Virus record (IMG/VR): IMGVR_UViG_3300040736_000103 | Span: 1 to 37,458 of that record | Direction: 5' to 3' (one strand) | DNA from: a virus | Taxonomy: Duplodnaviria > Caudoviricetes | Length of the DNA stretch: 37,458 bases | In this document: piece after piece, positions 25,026-35,000 of the stretch | How positions within the stretch are numbered: position 1 is the stretch's first letter | How the letters are laid out: each line of letters begins with the position of its first letter | Translations under genes and position numbers: made by a program | The notes under the pieces: model-generated | Databases searched by the model: none | What the model saw: only the letters and a program-made list of their open reading frames with translations | Told to the model about the DNA's origin: nothing

Positions 25026-25337
25026 ATGCGAGGCTTTCCGAAGCACCTGAATACACGGGCCGATTATGAATACGTGGCCGGCGCCTTCCCGGCCGAAAAA
25101 TGGCAGCCGCACTTCCAGGCTCTCCTGGAACAGCGTTCCGCCTGGCTTCCGGCAGGGGAGCTGAAGGAGGGCGAAAAGGTTGTGGAAAGCAAATCAGTCC
25201 GCGTGGCGGAAGTGCGCGACGAGACCGGCCGGACAGTGCTCGTGCGAGTCCGGGAAGAGCTTCGGGATGATCCGAATGCATTGATTGCGCGGCTGGGATT
25301 TACGGTCGAGGAAGTCGAGAAGGCGTTGGCAGAATGA
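25026..25337 (+). CDS. hypothetical protein
   Basis: GAGGT RBS; MRGFPKHLNTRADY...RLGFT. Confidence 0.65.
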   Translation: MRGFPKHLNTRADYEYVAGAFPAEKWQPHFQALLEQRSAWLPAGELKEGEKVVESKSVRVAEVRDETGRTVLVRVREELRDDPNALIARLGFTVEEVEKALAE

Positions 25338-25837
25338 ACCTCACCGTTAGTGTGACACAACACGGTTCGCTCCTCGACGGCCGAGGTCCCGAAATAGTCC
25401 AGCAGCATCTGGATCGTTTCATCACCCTGGCTACAGCTCTGCTTCTGGCCGAAGTGAAGAAGCGAACGCCCCAGGGCGTGTATGGCGCACAGGGCGGCCT
25501 GCTGGGCTCCATACAGAGCGAGGTGCGCGGCAGGGGAACGCCGGTTGTCAAAGGCGTGGTGATGAGCGGCCATAAGTACGCCGAGGTCATCGAGAAGGGG
25601 CGGCGTGCCGGCCGGGGCATGCCTCCCGCCGGCACGCTGCAACGCTGGATCGAGGTGAAGATGGGACTTGACCCGGCATCGGCGAAGCGTATCGAATTCG
25701 TGGTCCGCCGCAAGATTGGCCAAAAGGGTTTTGAGGGCGCTCACATGTTCGAGAGGGCGTTGACCGAGAATATGGGCAGGTTGCAGGCCTTGGCCGAAGC
25801 CGAAGGGCTGGCCTTGAGCCGGGAGATGACCGAATGA
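25334..25837 (+). CDS. HK97 gp10-like tail-completion protein
   Basis: KRTP...LLGSI...YAEVIEKGRR...MPP...W...I...G...MF pattern. Confidence 0.75.
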   Translation: MNLTVSVTQHGSLLDGRGPEIVQQHLDRFITLATALLLAEVKKRTPQGVYGAQGGLLGSIQSEVRGRGTPVVKGVVMSGHKYAEVIEKGRRAGRGMPPAGTLQRWIEVKMGLDPASAKRIEFVVRRKIGQKGFEGAHMFERALTENMGRLQALAEAEGLALSREMTE

Positions 25838-26307
25838 GCTACAGCGACATCGTGAGCGACATAGCGACCAGGATGGGAACCATACCGTCGATCGGCATCG
25901 TTCACGACTACTACCGCTATACGGCGGACGCGGCGAAATTCCTGCAGCTGTTCAAGTGCTCCATCGGCAGCAAGGAGCAGATCCGGGGATGGGAAATCAC
26001 CCGCATATCGGCGCCCGAGGCGCGGGCCGGCGCGTATTTCCGCTACCACAAATTCCGCATCACCGGCTATCTGGGCCTGTGCGACGCCGACGCCACGGAC
26101 AAGATATTTCAGGCCCTGATTGACGATGTGTGCGAACTGTTCCGCACCGCGGAACCGCCCGGCGGGAGCAGCTGGTATTACCTGGACCTGGCCCTGCCGG
26201 GCGATCTCCCGGCCCAGGCCGTCGTGATCGAGCCGCGCATGTTCGGCTCCGTGCTCTGTCACTACGCCGAGATACTGTTGACCGTAACCGAACGGATACT
26301 GCCGTAA
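25834..26307 (+). CDS. tail terminator-like protein
   Basis: Position before tail tube; IRGWEI, FGSVLCHYAEI. Confidence 0.65.
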   Translation: MSYSDIVSDIATRMGTIPSIGIVHDYYRYTADAAKFLQLFKCSIGSKEQIRGWEITRISAPEARAGAYFRYHKFRITGYLGLCDADATDKIFQALIDDVCELFRTAEPPGGSSWYYLDLALPGDLPAQAVVIEPRMFGSVLCHYAEILLTVTERILP

Positions 26308-26320
26308 AAAGGAGGCTTCA

Positions 26321-26449
26321 ATGGCTGATAAACCGACCTTTACCGTTACCGTGAACGACGCGTCAAAAACGATTGTCGTTGATGACCAGGCCGCGAAGGC
26401 AAAGGGAAAAACCAAGGAGGAGGTGACCAACGATGTTGACCAGGCGTAG
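26321..26449 (+). CDS. small hypothetical protein (42 aa)
   Basis: AAAAGGAGG RBS; MADKPTFTVTVND...; overlaps the tail tube start. Confidence 0.5.
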   Translation: MADKPTFTVTVNDASKTIVVDDQAAKAKGKTKEEVTNDVDQA

Positions 26450-27374
26450 GGTACTAGCGGCGAAAATCGAAAGCGTGGAAGGTACCGCGGAGTCGATCAC
26501 CGTATCGGACGCCGGGATCCTTGCCATTGATCCCAAGTTCGACCCGGAGTTCAAAAAAAACGAACGCAGTATCGCCCTGAACACGTTGTCGAAGCTGGTC
26601 CCGGTCATGGGCACACAGTCGGCGCGGTTAACGTTCAGTGCTGAACTGAAAGGACCCGGCGCCGCCTATTCTTCCTCCGTGACTCCGGCCCTGGGCAAAT
26701 ATCTGCGGGCGTGCGGTTTCGCGGAAACCATCGTTACCACCTCAGGGAGCGAGACGGCCACCTATAAACCGGCCAGCACCGGGGTTCCGTCGCTTACCAT
26801 CTGGTGTTACGAGGACGGCGTCATCAAGAAAATGAAGGGATGCCGCGGCAACGTGAAGTTTTCCGGCAAGAACGGAGAGCCCTGCTATGCGGAGTTCGAG
26901 TTCCTGGGTGTTTACGACGGAACGGTCGACGGCGCGATAGTCTCGCCCACCTTTGAGGCCTCGGTTCCTCCGGTGCTCCTCTCGGCCATCCTGAACCTGG
27001 ACGCCTACGCGGCGATAGCGGCCAGCTGGAGCGTGGACATGGGCAACGATACCCAGCTGCGCGAGGACTTCTCGGCCGCCGCGGGGTTCCTGTCATGTCT
27101 TATCACCGACCGGCGCCCGACCGGAAAATTCGACCCGGAATTCGTTCTGGTCGCCACCCACGATTTCCTGGGCAAGTGGAAAGCCGGCACCTCAATCGCC
27201 CTGACTCTCGGGCCGGTTGGCGCTACGCAGTACAACCGTTTCACCATCACCGCTCCGAAACTGGTCTATACGCAGGTAGCGGAAGGCGACAGGACCGGGT
27301 TGATGGTGGCCGATACCGGCTTCGACCTGGCGATGAACAGCGGCGACGATGAAATCCAGATAGTGTTCTCGTGA
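26433..27374 (+). CDS. major tail tube protein
   Basis: LAAKIES...LRACGF...GCRGNV...FEFLG...ITDRRPTG...DDE; no sheath gene present. Confidence 0.82.
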   Translation: MLTRRRVLAAKIESVEGTAESITVSDAGILAIDPKFDPEFKKNERSIALNTLSKLVPVMGTQSARLTFSAELKGPGAAYSSSVTPALGKYLRACGFAETIVTTSGSETATYKPASTGVPSLTIWCYEDGVIKKMKGCRGNVKFSGKNGEPCYAEFEFLGVYDGTVDGAIVSPTFEASVPPVLLSAILNLDAYAAIAASWSVDMGNDTQLREDFSAAAGFLSCLITDRRPTGKFDPEFVLVATHDFLGKWKAGTSIALTLGPVGATQYNRFTITAPKLVYTQVAEGDRTGLMVADTGFDLAMNSGDDEIQIVFS

Positions 27375-27400
27375 TTCTCCGAACGGAGGGAAGGGGTTTT

Positions 27401-27862
27401 ATGGAAAAACAGAAGAAATACGAAATCGGCGGGACCGTGTATGTCCAGCGTCCCCTGGTGCTGGGGCAGATTGCCCAGCTGACCGCGTTACTGAGCGGCA
27501 TAGCGGTGTATCCAGGCTTCGGTCCGGCGGGTCTCGTCGTAGCCCTCGGTGACCGGCTGCCGCGTGCATTGGCAATCGTGCTGTCTCCCGAAGGCGTCCC
27601 GGCGAAGGACAAGGATCTGGATGCCATAGAGACTGCCATGTGTGACGCAGACCCGCTTACCGCCCTTCAGGCGGTAGAGGATTTTTTTACCTGCAACCCG
27701 ACAGCTGCGGTTTTCGAAAAGCTGGCGGGAATGGTCAAGAGAATCCGGGCCTCTATGGCGACTGGATCGGGAAACTCGTCTGCACTCTCACCGACGGAGA
27801 CATCACCAAGCGAGACGCAGTCCTGTGGGGAACCACTCTCAAGGACTGCATCCCCTACCTGA
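27401..27862 (+). CDS. tail assembly chaperone (G-like)
   Basis: Between tube and tape measure; GGAGGG RBS; contains slippery sites. Confidence 0.72.
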   Translation: MEKQKKYEIGGTVYVQRPLVLGQIAQLTALLSGIAVYPGFGPAGLVVALGDRLPRALAIVLSPEGVPAKDKDLDAIETAMCDADPLTALQAVEDFFTCNPTAAVFEKLAGMVKRIRASMATGSGNSSALSPTETSPSETQSCGEPLSRTASPT

Positions 27863-28053
27863 AACATCGCAAGAGGCAGATCCTCTTCAGGGAAGCCGTG
27901 CTGGATTTCTTCGGGTACAAGGCCGACGGAGAGAAAGCGCAGCGCGGCAGGGAACAGGCTGTCGGAGAATATTGCAAAGGACGTGACATCGAGGAGTGCC
28001 GCAGGGTATTCGGGGACGGCTTGCCCCGCGTATGCGCCACCTGCCCCGAGTAG
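27682..28053 (+). CDS. -1 frameshift extension of chaperone (GT-like)
   Basis: The -1 frame is open from 27688 to TAG 28051-28053 and contains no ATG; slippery T TTT TTT (27682-27688) and G GGA AAC (27769-27775). Confidence 0.72.
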   Translation, partial: FFYLQPDSCGFRKAGGNGQENPGLYGDWIGKLVCTLTDGDITKRDAVLWGTTLKDCIPYLKHRKRQILFREAVLDFFGYKADGEKAQRGREQAVGEYCKGRDIEECRRVFGDGLPRVCATCPE

Positions 28054-28061
28054 GAGCCGGA

Positions 28062-30299
28062 ATGCCGAACAAGGTTGAACTGATATTCAGCGCCATAAAC
28101 GACTCGAAGAAAGCATTCGCCGACATGAGCCGTGAATTTCAGGGCCTGCGTGACGACCTGAAACAATCCGGCCGTCACTTCGATGAGTTCTGGCAAAAAG
28201 GCCGGGGCGCGGTCTCCGGTGTCTCGGATTCACTCGGCGATCTGAAGAACGCCCTGGCCGCTACCGGCATCGTGATGGCCATCAAATCCCTTGTCGACGC
28301 AGCGAAACAGGTGGAAAGGGCGAATATCGGACTGGCCACAACCGCGCGCTATGCGGGCGTGGGGATGCAAGAGGCTCGGGACGCGGCGCGGGATCTGACA
28401 AAAGACGGCCTCATGTCCGTAGCTGAAGCGTCTCAGGCGCTGCAGAATCTCCTATCCCGCGGGTTTTCCCTGCCGGAAGCCATCGAGTTGATGAACCGTT
28501 TCAAGGATTCAGCGGCATTCAACCGGCAGGCGTCACTGGAATTCGGTTATGCGATAGTATCCGCCACCGAAGGTCTGAAGAACGAAAACTCCATCCTGGT
28601 CGACAACGCGGGTGTTACGAAAAACGTCTCCCTGATGTGGAAGGAGTATGCCAGGGAGCACGGCAAGACCGTCGAGCAGCTCACCCAGGCGGAAAAGCGC
28701 CAGGCCGAATACAACGGCATCCTGAAGGAGACGGAAGGGCAACTGGGCAACGCCGCACGCATGACCGAGACCTTTGCCGGGCAGCAGGCGAGACTGAATC
28801 AAGAGTTGTTTGAATTCAAGGCCACGGCCGGCGCGGAACTGATGCCGGTGCTGGCGGATATCGCGAACGGATTGCGCCCCATCATCTCCCTGATGAGAGA
28901 TTTTATCGGAGGATTCGAAATGGCCGCCGTCACCTACGCGGCATGGGGTGACAAAGTCGCCGCGGTACGCAGGAACCTCGGCGTGCTGCCGCAACTCGGC
29001 ATCCTTGACGCCGACCGAAGGGCAGGTCTCAAGAAGGACTGGGGCATTATCGACCAGGCGGCCGAAGCGCAGAAACAGGACATCTACAGACGCTTATCAG
29101 GAGGAGTTCTGCCGGATATCGGGAAGGACTCGGGCAAGAGACGGTCTGACGCTGTTTTCCCGGCAAAAGCATCAGCTAAAAAAGGCCGTGCATCGAAATC
29201 TGAGGACCTTCCCAGCGCCTACGCCATGTTGGTTAAAGACGCGGCGGCATTCGCCAAGGCATGGGAAGCGGATCAGAAGCAGCTCAGGGAAGACGCCGAG
29301 TGGATATCAGACCAGAGGAACAGTTACGCAGAAGCTGTCGCAAAGGCCTTGCAGGATGAGGAAGAATTGCAGGTCGCGAGCCTGCAACACAAACTGACTC
29401 TCGTGGACACCGCGGCGGCGTACCGGGATATATCACGGGCCGAAGCCGCGGAGCAACGCCTCGCGCTTTACAGGGAGATGCTTTTCCATCAGGAAAAGCT
29501 GGTGGATCTCACGGGAAAAGACGCGCAGGCAATCGACGATCTGCGCGCCAAGGTCCGTGCGGCAGCCGCTGAGGTGCGCGCGGCTTCCCAGGATTTCAGT
29601 TCCGGATTTTCTGAAGGGCTGGCCTTGTACCGGGAGGAAATCCCCTCGCTGTTTGAACAGGGCCGAGATGCGGCACATGCGTTTCAGCAGGATCTGGAAA
29701 ATTCCTTTGCCGACCTCTTCGACAACATCCTGCGCGGTAAAATCAGCTCCTGGGCAGACTTCTTCACCTATATCGGGAATCAGATCCTGTCCCTGCTGTC
29801 CGAGATCATGGCCAAGATGACCATGGCGAGCCTCACCGGGAAAGAAGGCGGGTGGGGCGACGCCATCAGCGGCATCGTGAGCGCGGTGGGCTCGATGTGG
29901 GGCGGCGGCAGCGGCGTTGACGTGGACACGTGGGGCGGCATTGCGGGCGGATTGATGTCCAACGCGAAAGGCGGCGTGTACGCCTCTCCGTCTCTCTCCC
30001 GATACTCCGGATCGGTCGTGAACCGCCCGACCCTGTTCACCTTCGCCTACGGCGGAGCACTGGGCGTCATGGGCGAGGGGACCGATCCTGAGGGCATCTT
30101 CCCCCTGGCAAGGGACCGGGGCGGAAAGCTGGGCGTGCGCGCCGTCGGGGGCGGCGGCTCCTCCCCCACCATCCATCTGCACATCAACGCCATCGACACC
30201 CAGTCGGGTGTCCAGTTCCTCCTGAAGAACTCCGACGCGATCATGGCCGGCATAGCATCGAAGATGGGCGATAACCACCCGTTGCGCAGGGGGAGATAG
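28062..30299 (+). CDS. tape measure protein
   Basis: 745 aa Ala-rich helical; ENSILVDNAG and C-terminal AKGG...GVMGE...EGIFPL.R...GKLGV. Confidence 0.88.
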   Translation: MPNKVELIFSAINDSKKAFADMSREFQGLRDDLKQSGRHFDEFWQKGRGAVSGVSDSLGDLKNALAATGIVMAIKSLVDAAKQVERANIGLATTARYAGVGMQEARDAARDLTKDGLMSVAEASQALQNLLSRGFSLPEAIELMNRFKDSAAFNRQASLEFGYAIVSATEGLKNENSILVDNAGVTKNVSLMWKEYAREHGKTVEQLTQAEKRQAEYNGILKETEGQLGNAARMTETFAGQQARLNQELFEFKATAGAELMPVLADIANGLRPIISLMRDFIGGFEMAAVTYAAWGDKVAAVRRNLGVLPQLGILDADRRAGLKKDWGIIDQAAEAQKQDIYRRLSGGVLPDIGKDSGKRRSDAVFPAKASAKKGRASKSEDLPSAYAMLVKDAAAFAKAWEADQKQLREDAEWISDQRNSYAEAVAKALQDEEELQVASLQHKLTLVDTAAAYRDISRAEAAEQRLALYREMLFHQEKLVDLTGKDAQAIDDLRAKVRAAAAEVRAASQDFSSGFSEGLALYREEIPSLFEQGRDAAHAFQQDLENSFADLFDNILRGKISSWADFFTYIGNQILSLLSEIMAKMTMASLTGKEGGWGDAISGIVSAVGSMWGGGSGVDVDTWGGIAGGLMSNAKGGVYASPSLSRYSGSVVNRPTLFTFAYGGALGVMGEGTDPEGIFPLARDRGGKLGVRAVGGGGSSPTIHLHINAIDTQSGVQFLLKNSDAIMAGIASKMGDNHPLRRGR

Positions 30300-30300
30300 C

Positions 30301-30834
30301 ATGTCGTATTCCGTGTTTCCATCGGTCCTGAACTCTTACCCGACCATCAAGACGCCGGTGTTCCGCACCCGCATCATCAGCTACGGCAACAAGGCGGAAC
30401 AGCGGCTGGCAATGGACTCGGAAGAGAGGAACAAGCTGCAGGTATCGTACAAGCTCCTCACGCCTGCCGACGCCGAGTCTATCAGGCGGTTCTTCGTAGC
30501 CAGAAAGGGCGCGTTCGAGGCTTTCTGGTTCACCGACCGCGCCGAAGCCTACGGAGCCCCGGCACGGCAGGCGAGCACCGCCTATTCGGCCGGATATATC
30601 GTCCGGCCGGAAACGGCGAACGGCCGTTCCTACCGCTGTACCACCGCCGGGACCTCGGGCAGCGGAACGCCGTCGTGGCCTACCACCGAGGGCGGCACGG
30701 TCGCCGACGGCGGAGTGACCTGGACCGAAAACAGCTACCTGGTGCGGTTCGAGGACGATCTCCTCAACCTGGAGTACTTCTCGTACCAGCTCTGGAACCT
30801 GGGCGAACTGAAACTTATCGAGGTATCAGGATAA
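30301..30834 (+). CDS. distal tail protein (DUF2460-like) with inserted module
   Basis: FRT.I...EQR...FFVARKGAFEAFWF.D...VRFEDD. Confidence 0.75.
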   Translation: MSYSVFPSVLNSYPTIKTPVFRTRIISYGNKAEQRLAMDSEERNKLQVSYKLLTPADAESIRRFFVARKGAFEAFWFTDRAEAYGAPARQASTAYSAGYIVRPETANGRSYRCTTAGTSGSGTPSWPTTEGGTVADGGVTWTENSYLVRFEDDLLNLEYFSYQLWNLGELKLIEVSG

Positions 30835-31667
30835 TGGCTCTGGACCTGTCACAGAATACCCTCACCCTCGCCGAACTTTACGAAATCGAGATGGTCAACG
30901 GGCTACTGCTGTATGTAACAAATCACGACCGACAGATAGAGTATGACGGCAAGACGTACCTGGCCGTTCCGGTGCAGCGCGGGCCGATTTCCTACCACTC
31001 CAATCTCCAGGTGGACAAGGTGGAGCTAACTATCGGCATCGTCGGCATTACCGTCGGTGAAAAGGTCGTCACTGCGCCGCAGATGGTGAAACGGGATTAC
31101 CTGCGCAACGCGCACGTGCGGGTCCTGTTGGTGGATTTCGTGGCGCTCGATGACGACCAACTCCTGTTCGAGGGGTGGGTTACCGGCGGCGTGTCGCTCA
31201 ACGCCGGGAGCCTGTCCCTGTCCGTGGGGAGCATACTGGACCGGCTGCAACAAAAGTTCCCGAAACTGATTTACTCGGAATTCTGCCAACATCGGCTGTT
31301 TGATGCGAGGTGCGAGCTGGTCAAGGGCGACTATGAGACTACCGGCACGGCCGGGGCAGGCTCTGACGCTTCCATTGTTTACTCGACAGCCTTTGCTTTC
31401 TCCGCCCATGCAGAGGGGTACTGGATGCGCGGAGAGGTCCAGATGACCAGCGGCAACAATGATCTGGTGTCACGTTCAGTTATCGAGCACGGTGACGGAT
31501 ACGTTCGGCTCATCAATCCGTTCCCGGAAAGTCTTGCGGTGGGCGACACATTCAGCGCCTGGCCGGGGTGCGACAAGAAGGGCGAGACATGCGTATCAAA
31601 ATTCAATAATCACGCTAATTTTTTCGGCTTCGAGTATATCCCGAAGCCCGAGGAGATCTGGACATGA
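30834..31667 (+). CDS. tail hub protein (DUF2163/BR0599-like)
   Basis: TNHDR, CQHRLFDARC, GDTF...PGCDK...C..KFNN..NF.GF..IP. Confidence 0.85.
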   Translation: MALDLSQNTLTLAELYEIEMVNGLLLYVTNHDRQIEYDGKTYLAVPVQRGPISYHSNLQVDKVELTIGIVGITVGEKVVTAPQMVKRDYLRNAHVRVLLVDFVALDDDQLLFEGWVTGGVSLNAGSLSLSVGSILDRLQQKFPKLIYSEFCQHRLFDARCELVKGDYETTGTAGAGSDASIVYSTAFAFSAHAEGYWMRGEVQMTSGNNDLVSRSVIEHGDGYVRLINPFPESLAVGDTFSAWPGCDKKGETCVSKFNNHANFFGFEYIPKPEEIWT

Positions 31668-32089
31668 CTGTGACCGACGAGCAGTTGATAGCCGAAATAC
31701 GGTCATGGGTAGGTACCCGCTGGATGCACGGTCAGGCGGTCAAGGGCGTGGGGGTGGACTGCATCCAGTTCGTGGTCGCGGTGGCAAAGGCCGCCGGGTG
31801 GCTGCCCGAGGATTTTAGGACTCCGGCGTATAACGTGGACCATGCCATGCACAGCGATGTCAGTGTGCTGCTGGAAGGGCTGGGACAGCACTGCGTCAAG
31901 GTCCCGAAAGCGGATATCCAGCCCGGCGATATTCTCGCATTCCGTTACGGCCGATGCGCCTCTCATGTCGGTTTCTACGTCGGTAATGGCCGCATGGTGC
32001 ATTCGCATATTCGTCATGGTGTGTCGGAAATGCTGATACAGCATCTGTCAGACCGCCTCGATTCCGCATGGAGGTTCCCGCGTGGGTAA
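31664..32089 (+). CDS. NlpC/P60 tail peptidase
   Basis: WVGTRW.H...GVDC...PGDI...HVG...MVHS. Confidence 0.9.
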   Translation: MTVTDEQLIAEIRSWVGTRWMHGQAVKGVGVDCIQFVVAVAKAAGWLPEDFRTPAYNVDHAMHSDVSVLLEGLGQHCVKVPKADIQPGDILAFRYGRCASHVGFYVGNGRMVHSHIRHGVSEMLIQHLSDRLDSAWRFPRG

Positions 32090-35000
32090 TGCCGGCCGTA
32101 TAGCATCCATGGTTGTAGGCGCGATCGTCGGCATCGTTGTAGGTGTTATTACCCGGAACCCATATGCCGGGTTTGCCGTGTTTTCGGCTATTGCAGGTGT
32201 CGGATCGGCACTTTTTCCCGCAACCAGCAGCACTCCACCTCCCGCCCCCGGTTCTCTTTCCGTCCAGACTTCGCAGTACGGGCTCACCATCCCGGTCCTC
32301 TACGGCACGCGAAAATTGTCCGGAAACTGTCTCTGGTACGATAATTTCAAATCGTCGGCGCAATATGCCGAAGCGGGCAAGGGTGGGGGCTCGAGCCAGG
32401 TAACCGGATACACCTATTCAGTATCGCTCGCATTCGGGCTCTGCCTGATTCCTGAAGGCGCCACGGTGTCGCTGCAGCGGATGTGGTACGGCAAGGAGGA
32501 GCTGGACCTTGCCAAGTGGCTGGAACAGGACAAAATTCGATTCTACGACGGGACGCAGACGGAGCCCGATAGTCACTGGTCGCAATTCGTTGACCGGCCT
32601 CCGGTCCTGAAGCGGTTCTGCTACGTGGTTCTGCCGAATTTCGACTTGGGAAATTCGTCGTATCTCAATCAACTGAGGTTTGAGGTAGGGACGGCGGTGT
32701 ATAGACAAGCGGATTTGTTCGTTGAAGAGGAAACCATCGTCAACGGAGAACCTACCGAGCCTGATGGTGAAATTGGCAAAAGAGTGTCTGTAAATACATC
32801 AAATAATGAGATTGTCGCGGCTGAAATGGTTTGGGGAACGGGCGAATACGGATATAGCTACATAGTCACAAGGAAATCAACAGACTTTGGTGAGACATGG
32901 GGTGACCCTGTACCCGTAGTCACCGACACAGACAGCGAATGGCTGATGAACGATATCCAATATGACGGGGGGTATCACTGGCTCGCCGTGTATCGTTTTG
33001 AGGATTGGATAAAGCTATGGAAATCAACGGACGGGGAAACCTGGGTACTGGTAAATACAATCGATATTGCGTCAATTGCTGAAGTGGTCTGGCCGCCCTA
33101 CGGTCCGGATATGGACGATATTTCTCTGACGGTGGCAGGAAATTATGTCGCCATTTCTGGGCCTGGGGTACCCCTCGCTATTTGGCATAGTTCTGATGGA
33201 GGGGCTACGTTTGGACGCACTGATATAGGGGCTACCTATCCGGCATATCCGCAATATTATTGGTATCCAGTTGTGCAGGCTAGATCGGATGGGACTATTA
33301 TTTGTGTTTGCTATCTTGATTTGAGCGCCACAGATTGGGACTCAAATTTCATCATTCTCAGAAGTACGGATGGGGGGGCGTCATTCATAAAGGTACATGA
33401 TTTTTCGCATTATCTGACCAGTAACTATTTTGATGAGAGCTTTCAGGTCGCCAATGATGGGGATATGTGGGTTGTCACTTCAAAATGGTTGTCTGTTGAC
33501 AGGTGTTCTATTCTCGATGATGAGGATATGAAAGACGGAGATGCATTCGCCATACTTGTTTCAAAGGATAACGGGGTGACGTGGGAGGCGCTTGAAACTC
33601 CGTTTAAATATGTTGAAACCACCGCTGAATACACTGGCTACTGCCAGCCATCACTTTCGCTTTCTGGGGGAGTTGTTTTTTATTCTATGTGGTACGAAAT
33701 ATACAAACTTCCATCTTACCAAACCAGCGGTACGTATAGAAAGATCTGGTCATACAAGGATGGAAGGTGGAATCTTTTGGCGTATTATCGAGGGGAAACA
33801 ACGTATTTTCTTGGTACGCTGGGAACGATGCGGGGGTATGTGGATCCAAACGGTGATACCAGGGTTGTGTTGTATGACGGTAAAATCGCCAATAGGGATT
33901 CAGCTGTATGGGAGGCCAATACCGCGTACACAATAATTTTCACGCCAGACGTATACCCGACCGATGTCACCGAGGATATTTTGATAGACGATTTCTACGG
34001 CATGGGACTCGATTCTGGATACCTCGATGCCGCGGCGTATGCCGCAACGACTATGCATTGCGCCGCGAACGACCACAAGGTTTCGATGCTGTTCAATAGT
34101 CAGGCGAGCGTCCTTGATGCGCTCCAGGAGGTAATCAACCATCACCAGGGATACATTACCTACAGCGACGGCAAAATCGCGCACAAGCAATTCAAGCAGG
34201 AAACCCCTTCCGTAACGCTTACAAACGGCATAGACCTGGTTCAGAAAGACAACGAATTGCCTGTACAAATCTCGAAAGCAGGGGCACGGGGCTACCAGAA
34301 CCGCATCACCGTTGAGTGGACGAAGCGGGACAAGGAATATGTGGTCGGCACGGTCCAGGCGGAGGATATTGTAGATATTGACACCTATGGACTGCTGGAT
34401 AGCAGCGTCAATTTGTCTGGCCTGTGCACGTTTGCAAGGGCCAACAAAATGGCCTACCTGATGTTGAAAAAGAGTCTGTTGGCGCCGCTCTCCATATCGT
34501 TCAGGGTTGGCCCGAAATCGCTCGAGCTGAAGCCTGGCGACGTGGTTGCGCTGTCCGATCCCCAGACGGAACTCGACGCGCAGGCAATACGAGTCATGGC
34601 GGTACGCGAAGGGGATGATTACATTATCGAAGTGGACGCCCAACAGGAGGGCATCCTGGGTGACTATACCGTGGTGGCCGGCCAGGACAGCACCTATGAT
34701 GACGTTATCATCAACGATGACATAGAGGGAACCGCGGAGCAACCCGACATGTCCGCCGACCCCGGCAACGTGTACCAGTTGAGGGTGCATGAGGTGATGT
34801 CGCTCTATGCCTCAACTTCTGCCCTGGCGTTCTGTTACAGCCCGTCCGGGTTCGAGAACTGGGCGGGGGCCGCGCTGTATCGCTCTTATGACGGATCGAC
34901 CTACAGCCGTGTCGGGTCGTCTAATACAAAGGGCTCCTCGGGGTACCTGTACGCCATTGGTGCCGATTACATCCGAGTCTACCTATACAACACTGGGATC

